Origin: Pseudomonadota bacterium | Lineage (GTDB): Bacteria; Desulfobacterota; Binatia; UBA9968 | Length of the DNA: 64,000 nt | Assembly: GCA_021324155.1 (NCBI GenBank) | Contig: JAJPJQ010000014.1 | Coordinates: 1,166-65,165, forward strand | Direction of reading: 5' to 3' | Shown here: one piece after another, positions 30,577 to 39,464 of the stretch | Numbering within the stretch: position 1 is the stretch's first letter | Layout of the letters: each line of letters starts with the position of its first letter | Notes under the pieces: generated by a model | Database searches by the model: none | What the model was told of the DNA's origin: nothing | The model's input: only the letters and a program-made list of their open reading frames with translations | Made by a program: the position numbers and the translations under genes

Positions 30577-30975
30577 TTACTTTACGACGAAGTCGGTCCG
30601 GTCGGTCGCTTTCAGTTCCGTGATGTGATCGGTCGAGACGACCCTTAGCTCCAGCGTGTGCTTGCCGGGCTTGATGCCAGTGAGCGTGCCCTTTTCGCCG
30701 GAGAACATCCCCATCAACTCGCCATCGACGTAAGCGTGCACGTGATCGCCGCGCTTTCCCTTATTGAGCTTGAACTCCAGCGGGACTTGGTCCCCTTTAA
30801 ACTCTTGCCCGGTTTTCGGCGTGACGATCTTTACGCTCGCGCCCTCGGCCGGCTGCAGTTGGGATGACTTATGCCCCGGCATGTCCATTCCGGACATCCC
30901 GTTGTCTGCGGCGAGGGTCGGAGCGGCGGGGAAGATCAAGATCAAAAGCGCCGCCGCCGTTGTCCTCACCTTCAT
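30577..30975 (-). CDS. Exported small beta-sandwich protein with Met/His motifs (putative Cu-binding)
   Basis: Signal peptide, MSGMDMPGH, HVHAYVDGELMGM, GKH and DH. It is paralogous to the C-terminal domain of the CopD fusion. Confidence 0.75.
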   Translation of the reverse strand: MKVRTTAAALLILIFPAAPTLAADNGMSGMDMPGHKSSQLQPAEGASVKIVTPKTGQEFKGDQVPLEFKLNKGKRGDHVHAYVDGELMGMFSGEKGTLTGIKPGKHTLELRVVSTDHITELKATDRTDFVVK

Positions 30976-30994
30976 CAAGCCTCCCTATCTTTCT

Positions 30995-31855
30995 TTAGCG
31001 CAATGTAAATCCGCTCAAGCGACTCAATTCCTCGGGCCCCAGTACGCCCTCGTAGCGCCGGCCGTTGATGATCCACGTCGGGTAGCTGACAATCTGCATC
31101 TGGTGACACACCGGATTTTCGGGGCCGCGCGGGCCTTCGGCGCTGCATTCGACATAGGGAAGGCGGTCGGCGGCCGCGCCGAAGATGCGCTTCTGTTCCT
31201 TGCAATGCGGGCACCACGAGGCGCCGTAGAACTTCGCGTTCATCGCCGTCAGATGATCGGCGAGCGCCGCGAGCTTCGGGTCGGCACTCGATGTGGTTTC
31301 GAAGACGCCGGTGTAATTTAGATGTAGCAGCACGATGACGACGGCGGCGCCTGCTAGCGTCGTGACAATCCACGGAGTCCACGAAAAGCCGGACATGTCG
31401 GCAGGGCGCTGAAAGATGGTAAGCGCGAAGATCGCCGCCACCAAAGCGAACGAAGTCAGACAGTACGGGCACGCGGCGTGGAGCACGAGCAGCGATATGC
31501 TCGTAAGATACGCGCTGTAGAGCATGCCGAAAAACGCCACCAGGAACGCCGCTTTCCAGTGAAGCCGTGCGCGCTTGATGAACGCGATCGCGGCGAGCGC
31601 CGCATAGGTGAAGAATCCCCACAACGACGTCGGCAGGCCGAAGAGTTTCGCCCATTGGCTGCCGAGTACGACGTCGCAGACACTGCCCACCGCGCAGCCG
31701 GCGACCGCCTCGCCGCGCCATGCGGCAACCGTCAGATACGCGGTGAGCGCCATCCCGGCCGCCGCGATGGCCAACAGCGGCCAGTTGGGCGCACTCCGAA
31801 GCGGTTCTTTTGCCGCCTGCCCGTAAGCTCTCTTTTTGCGTGCTACCTTCGCCAT
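30995..31855 (-). CDS. VKOR fused to a thioredoxin-like domain (DsbB/DsbA-equivalent)
   Basis: GCAVGSVCDVVLGS loop Cys pair, CPYC in a TM helix, and C-terminal YGASWCPHC...YPTW. Confidence 0.92.
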   Translation of the reverse strand: MAKVARKKRAYGQAAKEPLRSAPNWPLLAIAAAGMALTAYLTVAAWRGEAVAGCAVGSVCDVVLGSQWAKLFGLPTSLWGFFTYAALAAIAFIKRARLHWKAAFLVAFFGMLYSAYLTSISLLVLHAACPYCLTSFALVAAIFALTIFQRPADMSGFSWTPWIVTTLAGAAVVIVLLHLNYTGVFETTSSADPKLAALADHLTAMNAKFYGASWCPHCKEQKRIFGAAADRLPYVECSAEGPRGPENPVCHQMQIVSYPTWIINGRRYEGVLGPEELSRLSGFTLR

Positions 31856-31857
31856 GA

Positions 31858-32490
31858 TTATCCGTTCTCGGCCAGCAGCTTTTTCGCGTCCGCTGCGAGC
31901 CGCTTGAGCGCGGCGGCATCGTTGCTTTCGTAGTATCCGCGGATCCGCGCCGAGCCGTCAACTAAAATGAAATGCGCATCGTGAAAAACTGCGCCGTCGA
32001 CGTGCAGGGAATCGTCGGCGATCGGAATCGCGCTCAGGTGGAAGCCATCCTGAACGAGCCGATAAACGTCGTTTTTTTTGCCGGTTAAAAAGAGCCAGCG
32101 CGCGGAATCGGCGTGAAAAAGCTCCGCATATCGCGCGAGGACGGCCGGGGTGTCGCGCTCCGGATCGACGGAAAAAGAAACCAGTCTGAATCCGTCGCTT
32201 TTGAGATCGTTCTGCAGCTGCGCCATCGCGGCGCTCTCGAGCGGGCACGTATCCTGGCACGCCGTATAAATAAAATCTGCGAGCCAGATTTTTCCTTTCA
32301 AATCCGACAGAGTCACCGGTTTGCCGCTCCGATCGGTGAGCGCGAAGTCGGGCACCGTACCGAAGTCGCCAAGGCCTTCGAGGGGCCTCGCATCGGATTG
32401 CGTTCTTCTTCCGCGCGCCATCAGCAGGCCGCCCAGCAGAACGACGATGAGCAGCGCCGTAAGAATATAACGAAGGCTTCGGTGCGTCAT
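31858..32490 (-). CDS. SCO1/SenC copper chaperone
   Basis: N-terminal TM helix, YTACQDTCP (CxxxC), SVDPERDTP and the conserved His (FHDAHF). Confidence 0.92.
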   Translation of the reverse strand: MTHRSLRYILTALLIVVLLGGLLMARGRRTQSDARPLEGLGDFGTVPDFALTDRSGKPVTLSDLKGKIWLADFIYTACQDTCPLESAAMAQLQNDLKSDGFRLVSFSVDPERDTPAVLARYAELFHADSARWLFLTGKKNDVYRLVQDGFHLSAIPIADDSLHVDGAVFHDAHFILVDGSARIRGYYESNDAAALKRLAADAKKLLAENG

Positions 32491-33392
32491 TGCTTGGGAA
32501 ATTTCTCGATCGGATAAAACACGTACGTGAGATGGAATTCTTTTATCGAATCCGGCACGGCGCCGGTGACGCGAAAGACGAGCGGGAACTCCTTCGTCTC
32601 ACCCGGGCCGAGCGTCTCGCGAATGAAACAGAAGCACTGGACAATTTCCAGGTATTTCTCGGCGTCAGCGGGGTCGTCGATGTGGCGCGCCTTCCCGGTA
32701 ACGATCCGCCCGGAGCGATTCGTCGCCGTATAAACGACCCGCAGCGTCTCGCCCGGCCGCGCGAGCACGGTGTCTTTCAACGGGCGAAAGTCCCAGGCGA
32801 GTCCCTCTTTGACTTCGCCGCTGAAACGCACGCGAATCGCGCCGGCGGTATTGGTCGCGACGCGCCACCGGCCGCTTTCTTTAACCAGGTCGACCCGGTC
32901 TTCGCCTTCGATCATCGGCAGTGCGTTTTGGGCGCGCAATTCTTCGAACTCGCGCGCGATCGCGCGCCGATCGTTCGGCGAAAGGGTTGCCAGGCGGCCG
33001 GCGTCGAAGTCTTGGGCGAGCCGCTGGACGGCTGGATTGTTCGCGTCGGGCGCGCGAAACGCGAAGCGCACGCTCGCGCGCTCGCGGTTGATGTCGGCGC
33101 GCACGTCCTTGAGCTCGATCATGCGCGCGAGGCCGCGCGCGACGTCCAGCGAGGCGCCGGAAAACGACGGGTTTTCCGTGAGATATTCGTCGCGGCTTTT
33201 GGCCTTGCGGTCTTCGGCGGAGAGCAGCGAATAAACTCGGCCGTAATCGCGCGCGTAGAGCGCGGCGAGATAGCGCCGCGTGAATTCCGAGGCGTCGCCG
33301 TCGGCGACCGGCTGGATGCGCCAGAAAGCGAGCGGAAGGATCGAGAGGACGAGCAGTGCGATGACGAATAATACGATCGAGCGTGCGTGCAT
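32487..33392 (-). CDS. CtaG/Cox11 copper-insertion domain fused behind an extra N-terminal domain
   Basis: C-terminal WDFRP...PGET...IVQCFCF...EFPLVF matches Cox11. An ~170-aa unassigned domain follows the TM anchor. Confidence 0.8.
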   Translation of the reverse strand: MHARSIVLFVIALLVLSILPLAFWRIQPVADGDASEFTRRYLAALYARDYGRVYSLLSAEDRKAKSRDEYLTENPSFSGASLDVARGLARMIELKDVRADINRERASVRFAFRAPDANNPAVQRLAQDFDAGRLATLSPNDRRAIAREFEELRAQNALPMIEGEDRVDLVKESGRWRVATNTAGAIRVRFSGEVKEGLAWDFRPLKDTVLARPGETLRVVYTATNRSGRIVTGKARHIDDPADAEKYLEIVQCFCFIRETLGPGETKEFPLVFRVTGAVPDSIKEFHLTYVFYPIEKFPKQ

Positions 33393-33397
33393 GGGCT

Positions 33398-34612
33398 TTA
33401 CTTCACCACAAAATGAACGGTATCGCTAGCGTCGAGCTCCGTCTGATGGTCTCCGGCGACGACGCGGAGCTCGAGCGCGTGATGTCCCGGCGTGATCCCC
33501 GTGAGCGTGCCGCTTTCGGTCTCGAACATTCCCATGAGCTCGCCGTCGACGTAGGCGTGCGCGTGCGTCCCGCGGCGGCCGGGCGTGAGACGGAACTTGA
33601 GCGGTACCTCGTCGCCGTGCAAGGTCTCGCCATCGCGGGGCGACAGAATTTTGATCGCCGCGCCCTCCGCCGGCGTGAGTACGCCGAACCTGGGCGCTGC
33701 GGCGAGCTGATGCGCGCTGTGGGCGCCGGGCGGCAGAATCGTGAGAAAGCCCGTGGCGACGAACACGATAATCGCGAGCACCGCTTCGGCGCCGATGCGC
33801 TGGAAGGCGTCGCGCGGGAACGGCGCCGGGTGCGGCGCGGCGATGAGATCGGGGAGGGTAAAATGCCGGTTGAGCGCGCCGAAAGCGAGCATCATCAAAA
33901 ATAAGGCGAGCTTCAATAAAAGAACGCGGCCGTAGGCGGTCTCCAGGAGCGAATCCCAGGTCCCGACCTGAATCCAGCTTTGAAAAATGCCGGTAGAAAC
34001 GAGGAGGACGACGCTGCGGAACGCCAGCCGTGAAAAGCGGGCGACTAAATTGCCGGTCCAGCCGGGCGACGTGGCGAACCGGCTGCCGCGCCAGAGCGCC
34101 CAGCAGAGCAGCGGCAGGCCGCCCGCCCAGACCGCTGCGACGGTCAGGTGAATTGCGTCGCAGGCCATCGCCATAAGCGGATATTCCCGCGCGGCGGCGG
34201 CGTGGCTGGTGAGACTCCGGCTCGCCGCGAGCGGTATAGCGGCGAGCACCATCCAGCGGCCGGCGCGCTCGGAGATATCCGTGTTTTGAAACGAGATGAG
34301 CAGCGCGAGCAGCAGCGCGCCGTAGATCTCGCGCCATAGCCAGACGTTTCCGCTTTGGGTTTTCATCACGTAGCGGAGGAGGACGTCGAGCGAGGGCAAG
34401 CCGCCGCCGGAAAGCTTTGCGCCTTGAACGATAAGCGCCGCGGCGGCGATCAAGAGAAAAGCCGCGGTGAACATCGCGGCAAACGATATTAGTTGCTTTC
34501 GCAGAGGACTTTCGCCGGGCGGCAGAACGAACGCGGCGGTTGCGAGCGAGCCGAGGACGAGCGCGGCCGTGAAATAAAGCGCGGCCGAAACGAGGCCTTC
34601 GATCGCGAGCAT
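33398..34612 (-). CDS. copD: CopD copper-import membrane protein fused to a C-terminal His/Met beta-sandwich domain
   Basis: SLTSHAAA, DAIHLTVAAVWAGG, RFSRLA and YGRVLLLK, followed by a soluble HAHAYVDGELMGM domain. Confidence 0.88.
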   Translation of the reverse strand: MLAIEGLVSAALYFTAALVLGSLATAAFVLPPGESPLRKQLISFAAMFTAAFLLIAAAALIVQGAKLSGGGLPSLDVLLRYVMKTQSGNVWLWREIYGALLLALLISFQNTDISERAGRWMVLAAIPLAASRSLTSHAAAAREYPLMAMACDAIHLTVAAVWAGGLPLLCWALWRGSRFATSPGWTGNLVARFSRLAFRSVVLLVSTGIFQSWIQVGTWDSLLETAYGRVLLLKLALFLMMLAFGALNRHFTLPDLIAAPHPAPFPRDAFQRIGAEAVLAIIVFVATGFLTILPPGAHSAHQLAAAPRFGVLTPAEGAAIKILSPRDGETLHGDEVPLKFRLTPGRRGTHAHAYVDGELMGMFETESGTLTGITPGHHALELRVVAGDHQTELDASDTVHFVVK

Positions 34613-34614
34613 TT

Positions 34615-34986
34615 TTATTTTCCGCCGGCGACCGTAAAGCGCAGCACGCCGTCGGTCACATGCGTGTCGACGGAAAGCACCTGCCATTCGATGCGGTACG
34701 TTCCCGGAGCGAGCGCCTTCACCGCGACGGCGACGGTATCGTCGGCGATTCGGCGGAGATTGCCGGCGTTCATTTTTTCCCCCGCCGCGTTCTTTACGTC
34801 GATGTGGCTGAACTCGAGCTCGATGCCTTCGGTAAATTGAATCCGAATCTCGCGCGGCGAATCGCGCAGTACGGCGCCTTCCGGAGGGACGGCGACCATC
34901 GGATACGCATGCGCGTGCAGAAGCGCCGGCGCGAGTGCCGCGGCGAGGGCGAGCACGCTAGCGACGATTAAAGGCTTGAAAGACAT
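34615..34986 (-). CDS. copC: Periplasmic copper-binding protein CopC
   Basis: Signal peptide followed by His1 (HAY), FTE, and WQVLSVDTHVT (DxH). Confidence 0.92.
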   Translation of the reverse strand: MSFKPLIVASVLALAAALAPALLHAHAYPMVAVPPEGAVLRDSPREIRIQFTEGIELEFSHIDVKNAAGEKMNAGNLRRIADDTVAVAVKALAPGTYRIEWQVLSVDTHVTDGVLRFTVAGGK

Positions 34987-35749
34987 ATGTGGCCTCGAAG
35001 GAATTCAGGTCGCCGCGCTCGCTCTTTTCGTCGAACTTGACGCGGGCGAGATAAGAATCCGCCGCGGGCGGCGTGAAGCGAACGCGCCCCTCGGCATCCG
35101 TCGTGAAATCTTTCGCGCCGCGGGCTCCGGCCAGCTTCGGCACGATCGAGACGACTTTGCCTTCGGCCGGTTTACCCTTGTATCGAACTTGCAGAACGAT
35201 GGACGCGCCACGCATGGCACTGGCTGCATTGTCCACTGGAACGATCTCGAGATCATCCCCGCCGCGCGCCTGCGGCGCGGCGGATCTGATTTTCTGCGCC
35301 TCGGCGAGCATCGGCAGCGCGAGCGCTGCGAACGCGCTGCGCGCGAAGCGCACGCCGCGAAAGCGCGGGCCATCGCCGTGCTGCAGATCGCGCTCCTGGC
35401 GCGCGACCACAGTGTAGACGCCCTCTTCATCGGCGACGAACTGCGCAACGTGGAATCCCTTAGGTCCCTTAGGGCCGGTGTTTTCCGGATCTTCGCCGAG
35501 GTCGATCATCTCGACCACGCTGGTCTTTCCCGATGGCGCGATCACGGTGACTTTGGTGAATTCCGCGTCCCATTTGCCGGCTAGCCGGTAGCTGCGATGC
35601 TCGTTCGAATGATTGCCTTGCATCAGCGCGATAGTTACCGGTTGGCCTTTCTCGACGATGGCCGGAGCGACCTCGATCCAGCCGTCGTGCGCGCGCGCCG
35701 CGCCGATCGGCAAGAAAATTATAAAAAAAGCCAGTGAGAAAACTCTCAT
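34958..35749 (-). CDS. DUF4198-like periplasmic protein (Ni/Co-transport-associated)
   Basis: Signal peptide followed by N-terminal His (AHDGWIE), GNHSNEH, LEIVP, YKGKP and TDAEG. Confidence 0.75.
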   Translation of the reverse strand: MRVFSLAFFIIFLPIGAARAHDGWIEVAPAIVEKGQPVTIALMQGNHSNEHRSYRLAGKWDAEFTKVTVIAPSGKTSVVEMIDLGEDPENTGPKGPKGFHVAQFVADEEGVYTVVARQERDLQHGDGPRFRGVRFARSAFAALALPMLAEAQKIRSAAPQARGGDDLEIVPVDNAASAMRGASIVLQVRYKGKPAEGKVVSIVPKLAGARGAKDFTTDAEGRVRFTPPAADSYLARVKFDEKSERGDLNSFEATYVFQAFNRR

Positions 35750-35864
35750 CTTCTCTCCGTTCACGGGTGACTTCGGAACTGTGTTTCGGGTGAAGTCGCG
35801 CCGAGGCAGCTAAGCGATGCCGAGCTCGCCTTCGGAGCGGTCAAAAAAATTTACAAAGACGAAA

Positions 35865-36170
35865 CTATGCCAGCGGAGGCGCTCGTGCGGAAACCGGGGA
35901 AGCGGTGGAAGACCGAAGTGAATCGACGGCCGAGGGAGCGAGCCATTGAACGACCTTTTCCTCGAACGTGAGAACGATCGCCGCTGCAACTTGCAGGTGG
36001 CAGGTCTTGGCGACGGCGAAAGCCTGACACGGGGCCGGGCGCGCTGAATGCGGATGCTCGAGAAGGTGATGAACCTGGTGTGGCGCGGAATAAAGGAGAA
36101 AAGCAAGGAACAACACCGCGACGGCGAGATAGGCCGGATGCTTGACGCGTCGATGGGCGTGCGGCGTCAT
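35865..36170 (-). CDS. DUF2946/CruR-like leader protein with C-terminal RAPP arrest motif
   Basis: Hydrophobic signal/TM segment, HQVHHLLEHPH...C-x8-CH, ending SARAPPLA*. Confidence 0.75.
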   Translation of the reverse strand: MTPHAHRRVKHPAYLAVAVLFLAFLLYSAPHQVHHLLEHPHSARPAPCQAFAVAKTCHLQVAAAIVLTFEEKVVQWLAPSAVDSLRSSTASPVSARAPPLA

Positions 36171-36177
36171 TGTGTGA

Positions 36178-36206
36178 ATGGTACCCGCGCGTTTAGTTGT
36201 TGTCAA
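36178..36206 (-). promoter_or_regulatory. sigma70 promoter giving a probably leaderless mRNA
   Basis: TTGACA-N17-TACCAT lies 7 nt before the ATG at 36170, with no SD. Confidence 0.7.
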
Positions 36207-36209
36207 ACT

Positions 36210-37013
36210 TTAGAAGTTGAGCGCGGTCGACCAGGTCGTCCCCACCGTTACCTGAAAGCGGTCGCCGGTCGCGAGCAGGCTGCGTCCGACCGCCACGTCG
36301 AAATACGCCGGAAGATTGGGGCGGTAGCGGATGCCGATCTGGAAATTGCCGACCGCCTTTTCGCCTTTCGCGCCGCGTGACAAGCCGTAGATATCCCCGA
36401 CGATGCGCCAGTTCTCGTTCAAGCCGTAGCGCAGCGCGACGCCGCCGAAAAACTGGTTCTCCAGCTTTGCTCCCTGCTGCCGGCCGACAACGGTGTAGCC
36501 GAGATTCAAATCGACCGCCGCGGGAAACCAATGCTTGGTCACGATCAAGAGAAAACCCTCGTCGAACTTGCCGGTCGATAGGCCGTTGTGGCTGTTCGCC
36601 GTCGGCACTTTGAGATCGAAAGTAAACGTCATGGCCGGCACATAGCCCTTTTCGACTTCTTCGACGAAGTTGTATTTGGAATACAGGTGGAGATCTTCGA
36701 AGCCGCTGACTGGCGACTCGCCTTTGAGATCGGTGTTGGTCCGGTCGAGTGTCAAACCTAGCTCGAGATTTTTGAGCACGCCGAAACCCAGCGTCATCGC
36801 CGGCGCTTGCTGATCGCGCCCGCCGTTTTCCGGCACCGTGTGCGTAAAGCCGATGGAAAACTGCACGTTGTTTTGAGCGACCGGCCGCGCGTCGTCGACG
36901 ACGAGCGGCCGCCCGGCGAAGGCGTCGGCGGAAAAAAAGCTAACGAACGCCGGGAGCAGTACGCTGAAAAAGGACTTCTTCCAAAACACGCCTGAGATTT
37001 TAATCGAAGGCAA
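36210..37013 (-). CDS. Outer-membrane beta-barrel 'transporter' (MetA-pathway/phenol-degradation-like), paralog 2
   Basis: Signal peptide, AGRPLVVDDA, amphipathic strands and C-terminal F. Confidence 0.75.
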   Translation of the reverse strand: MPSIKISGVFWKKSFFSVLLPAFVSFFSADAFAGRPLVVDDARPVAQNNVQFSIGFTHTVPENGGRDQQAPAMTLGFGVLKNLELGLTLDRTNTDLKGESPVSGFEDLHLYSKYNFVEEVEKGYVPAMTFTFDLKVPTANSHNGLSTGKFDEGFLLIVTKHWFPAAVDLNLGYTVVGRQQGAKLENQFFGGVALRYGLNENWRIVGDIYGLSRGAKGEKAVGNFQIGIRYRPNLPAYFDVAVGRSLLATGDRFQVTVGTTWSTALNF

Positions 37014-37027
37014 GAAACTTTAACAGT

Positions 37028-37801
37028 TTAATTTTGGGCGCCGAAGTTTAACGCCGTCGACCAGGTGACCCCGCAGGTCGCCTGAAAGCGATTGCCCGTC
37101 GGCAAAAGGCTCCGTCCAATCGCAGCATCGAACATCGTGAACTCACCCATGTGATAGCGGAGGCCGAGCTGGAAATTGCCGTCGGCGTTTGCGCGGCGGA
37201 CGGCCGGTGACAGCCCATAGATGTCTCCAACGACGCGCCAATTCTCGCTTACGTTGTAGCGCAGCGCCATGCCGCCGAAGAATCGGTTCTCGAGGTTCTC
37301 GCCTTTGCGCTTTCCCACGACGATATAGCCTAGATTGAGATCAACGGCGGCTGGAAAAAAATCTTTCGTGGCAAGGAACAAAAACGCCTCGTCGAATCTT
37401 CCGGTTGTTAACCCGCGATGTCTGTTCGCCGTCGGAACTTTCACATTGACGGCGAGTGAAAGGTCGTAAGTTTCGCCGGTCATAAAATCGTATTTGGCGT
37501 TGAGGTTGATATCCTGGAAACCGCTCAGCGGCGATTGCCTTTTAAGATCGGTATTCGTTCGCTGGATTGCGAGACCGACTTCGAGGCGTTTGATGACTCC
37601 ATACGTAGCCGCCATGATCGGAAACTGCTGGTCGCGGACGCCCTTCTCCGGCAGGGTGTGGGTAAAGCCGAACTCCAATTCGATGTTGCCAGCCGCAACG
37701 GTGGCCGCGTCGTCGACGACGAGCGGCCGTCCCGCGAAAACCTCGCCAGAATGACAGACCACTGCGCACAGCAGGGCAGCGAAAATGAGCCCGCGGTTCA
37801 C
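37028..37801 (-). CDS. Outer-membrane beta-barrel 'transporter', paralog 1
   Basis: GTGA overlap with the Ni transporter stop codon and AGRPLVVDDA. It is clearly similar to the next gene (KVPTAN.H.GL.TG.FDE, WSTALNF). Confidence 0.75.
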   Translation of the reverse strand: MNRGLIFAALLCAVVCHSGEVFAGRPLVVDDAATVAAGNIELEFGFTHTLPEKGVRDQQFPIMAATYGVIKRLEVGLAIQRTNTDLKRQSPLSGFQDINLNAKYDFMTGETYDLSLAVNVKVPTANRHRGLTTGRFDEAFLFLATKDFFPAAVDLNLGYIVVGKRKGENLENRFFGGMALRYNVSENWRVVGDIYGLSPAVRRANADGNFQLGLRYHMGEFTMFDAAIGRSLLPTGNRFQATCGVTWSTALNFGAQN

Positions 37802-38562
37802 AGCGAAGGATGCCAATCGATGATCTTCGGCAAAACCGATTCGTGTCCGGTGATGAAAACGATGCCGACAATGAGGCTGAAAAGCGCGACGCACCCGCCG
37901 ACCACGCGCAGGACCGTGATGTTGCGGCTCGCGAGCCGGAAGCCCGAGAGCGTCGCCATCGCGATCAGTGAATTCGAAATAACCAGCCCGATCACGAACG
38001 TGCAGAGCATGAGCGTACCGAGGAGTTTGCCACCCATTCCGGCAACGGCGAGGAACAGCAGCGCCTGCGTCGCGGTTTCGGCGCCGATGCCATGCAGCAT
38101 GCCGATGCCGAATGCGGCGCGCGGGCCGTAGACGGAGGTCCGCGTGAGTACGAACGGCTGCGGGTTTCCCGCGAGTCGATGCTTAGCCCATGTTGCCGAC
38201 GACCCGACGGCATCGAAGATCAGCATCCAGCGGCTGCGGAGTTTGAAGTCGTGGTGATGGTGGAACAGCGAATAGATGATCCAGACGGCGAGAAAAATCA
38301 GCGTGACGCCGACGGCCGGCCCCATGATGTCGTCTACCCATTCGGGCAGCGCGAGTCCGGCGAGGATCGCGAGGATGCCCAGGGCTATGACGATGAGCGC
38401 ATGGCCGAGGGCGTATAACGTTGCGAGGTATAAGCCGGGCCGCCATTCGTCGACTGTGCCGGTGATGTCGGTGATCGCCGCGATATGATCCCAATCGATG
38501 CCGTGCGCGAGACCTAGCAGAAGCGTCGTAACAAGCAGCGCCGCAAAGCTGTGCGTTTCCAT
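37798..38562 (-). CDS. Nickel/cobalt permease (NiCoT/UreH-HoxN-like)
   Basis: HGIDWDH (HxxDxDH), ALGH, an HHHH loop and GMLHGIGAET. It is adjacent to nikR. Confidence 0.85.
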   Translation of the reverse strand: METHSFAALLVTTLLLGLAHGIDWDHIAAITDITGTVDEWRPGLYLATLYALGHALIVIALGILAILAGLALPEWVDDIMGPAVGVTLIFLAVWIIYSLFHHHHDFKLRSRWMLIFDAVGSSATWAKHRLAGNPQPFVLTRTSVYGPRAAFGIGMLHGIGAETATQALLFLAVAGMGGKLLGTLMLCTFVIGLVISNSLIAMATLSGFRLASRNITVLRVVGGCVALFSLIVGIVFITGHESVLPKIIDWHPSL

Positions 38563-38589
38563 AGTCGTATCCTGATGTCGCGCGTCTGG

Positions 38590-38616
38590 GTAGCACTATT
38601 CTTATTTTAGTGTTAC
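38590..38616. promoter_or_regulatory. Putative NikR operator
   Basis: Near-perfect inverted repeat GTAGCAC-N13(AT-rich)-GTGTTAC upstream of the Ni permease. Confidence 0.7.
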
Positions 38617-38633
38617 CTGTAGACAAAAAAAAT

Positions 38634-39050
38634 TTAGTGGTGCGGTTCCACCGCAGTAGTCACGAGTTTTCCGTTTTCGACGCCTTTGGTCGAAATCAGC
38701 TTTGCGGCGACCTCGTGCACCTTCGCCGCACCGCCGCGGATCACGATCGCCTCGAGACAATTATGCTCGTCGAGGTGAATGTGCAGGCTGGCGTTGATTG
38801 CCACCTTCGCCTTGTGCTGCATGTCCGCCAAGATGTCTCCCAGATGATGCGTTCGGTGGTCGTAAACCAGGGTCACGACGCCGACGACGTCGCCGTCGCC
38901 CTGGCTCACCTTCTTCTGAATCAAGTGATCGCGGATCAGGTCGCGAATCGCCTCTGAGCGATTGGCGTAGCCCATCTCCGCGATGCTCCGGTCGAACGAG
39001 CGGAGCAGGTCGTCTTCGAGCGAGACGCCGAAACGCGAGACTCTCGACAT
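38634..39050 (-). CDS. nikR: Nickel-responsive regulator
   Basis: RHH domain SRFGVSL...NRSEAIRDLIR, plus YDH, QH and HIHLDEHNCLE Ni ligands. Confidence 0.96.
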   Translation of the reverse strand: MSRVSRFGVSLEDDLLRSFDRSIAEMGYANRSEAIRDLIRDHLIQKKVSQGDGDVVGVVTLVYDHRTHHLGDILADMQHKAKVAINASLHIHLDEHNCLEAIVIRGGAAKVHEVAAKLISTKGVENGKLVTTAVEPHH

Positions 39051-39064
39051 ACTACATAAGGGTC

Positions 39065-39091
39065 GTAGCACGTTCTTTAAAAACGTGTCAA
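39065..39091. promoter_or_regulatory. Second putative NikR operator overlapping the nikR promoter
   Basis: GTAGCAC-N13-GTGTCAA. The right half is the minus-strand TTGACA, and it lies 10 bp from the divergent -35. Confidence 0.6.
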
Positions 39092-39101
39092 CCGCGCCGC
39101 C

Positions 39102-39129
39102 TTGACAAGACTTAGCGGTCGCGCATAAT
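39102..39129 (+). promoter_or_regulatory. sigma70 promoter of the second RAPP leader
   Basis: TTGACA-N16-CATAAT lies 8 nt before the GTG at 39138. Confidence 0.6.
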
Positions 39130-39137
39130 TGGTGCAC

Positions 39138-39437
39138 GTGAGCCCGACCGTCAAAGCGCGAGCGATCGAAGCGCGGCATTGGACCGCCGCGGCCTTGTTG
39201 CTCGCTCTGCTGGCGCTCCCGCTTCATATCCACGCGTTCACTCCGACGCCGCAGCTGGCGCAGGAGTGCAGCTGCTATCAAGGCGCCCGGACCTGCGCCG
39301 TCGAGGTGCCACAGCCAGCGGACTTCGCGCCGTCGTTCCAGGCCACCGTCGTTCACGAGCAACAGCCTAGGCTCAACAGCCGCGTCGCTTTCGATTTTCA
39401 TTCGATCCGCGCTCCCCCGTCAGTCGCTTCTCTTTAA
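39138..39437 (+). CDS. DUF2946/CruR-like leader protein with C-terminal RAPP arrest motif
   Basis: Signal-like AAALLLALLALP, HIH...CSC-x6-C, ending SIRAPPSVASL*. Confidence 0.75.
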   Translation: MSPTVKARAIEARHWTAAALLLALLALPLHIHAFTPTPQLAQECSCYQGARTCAVEVPQPADFAPSFQATVVHEQQPRLNSRVAFDFHSIRAPPSVASL

Positions 39438-39464
39438 CTTTTCCCAGACAGAAAAATCTTGACC

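Noticed and set aside
38634-39401. 255-aa extended NikR in the ORF track
   Set aside because: The RHH domain begins at the ATG at 39050. The extension is antisense to the RAPP leader and crosses the promoters.
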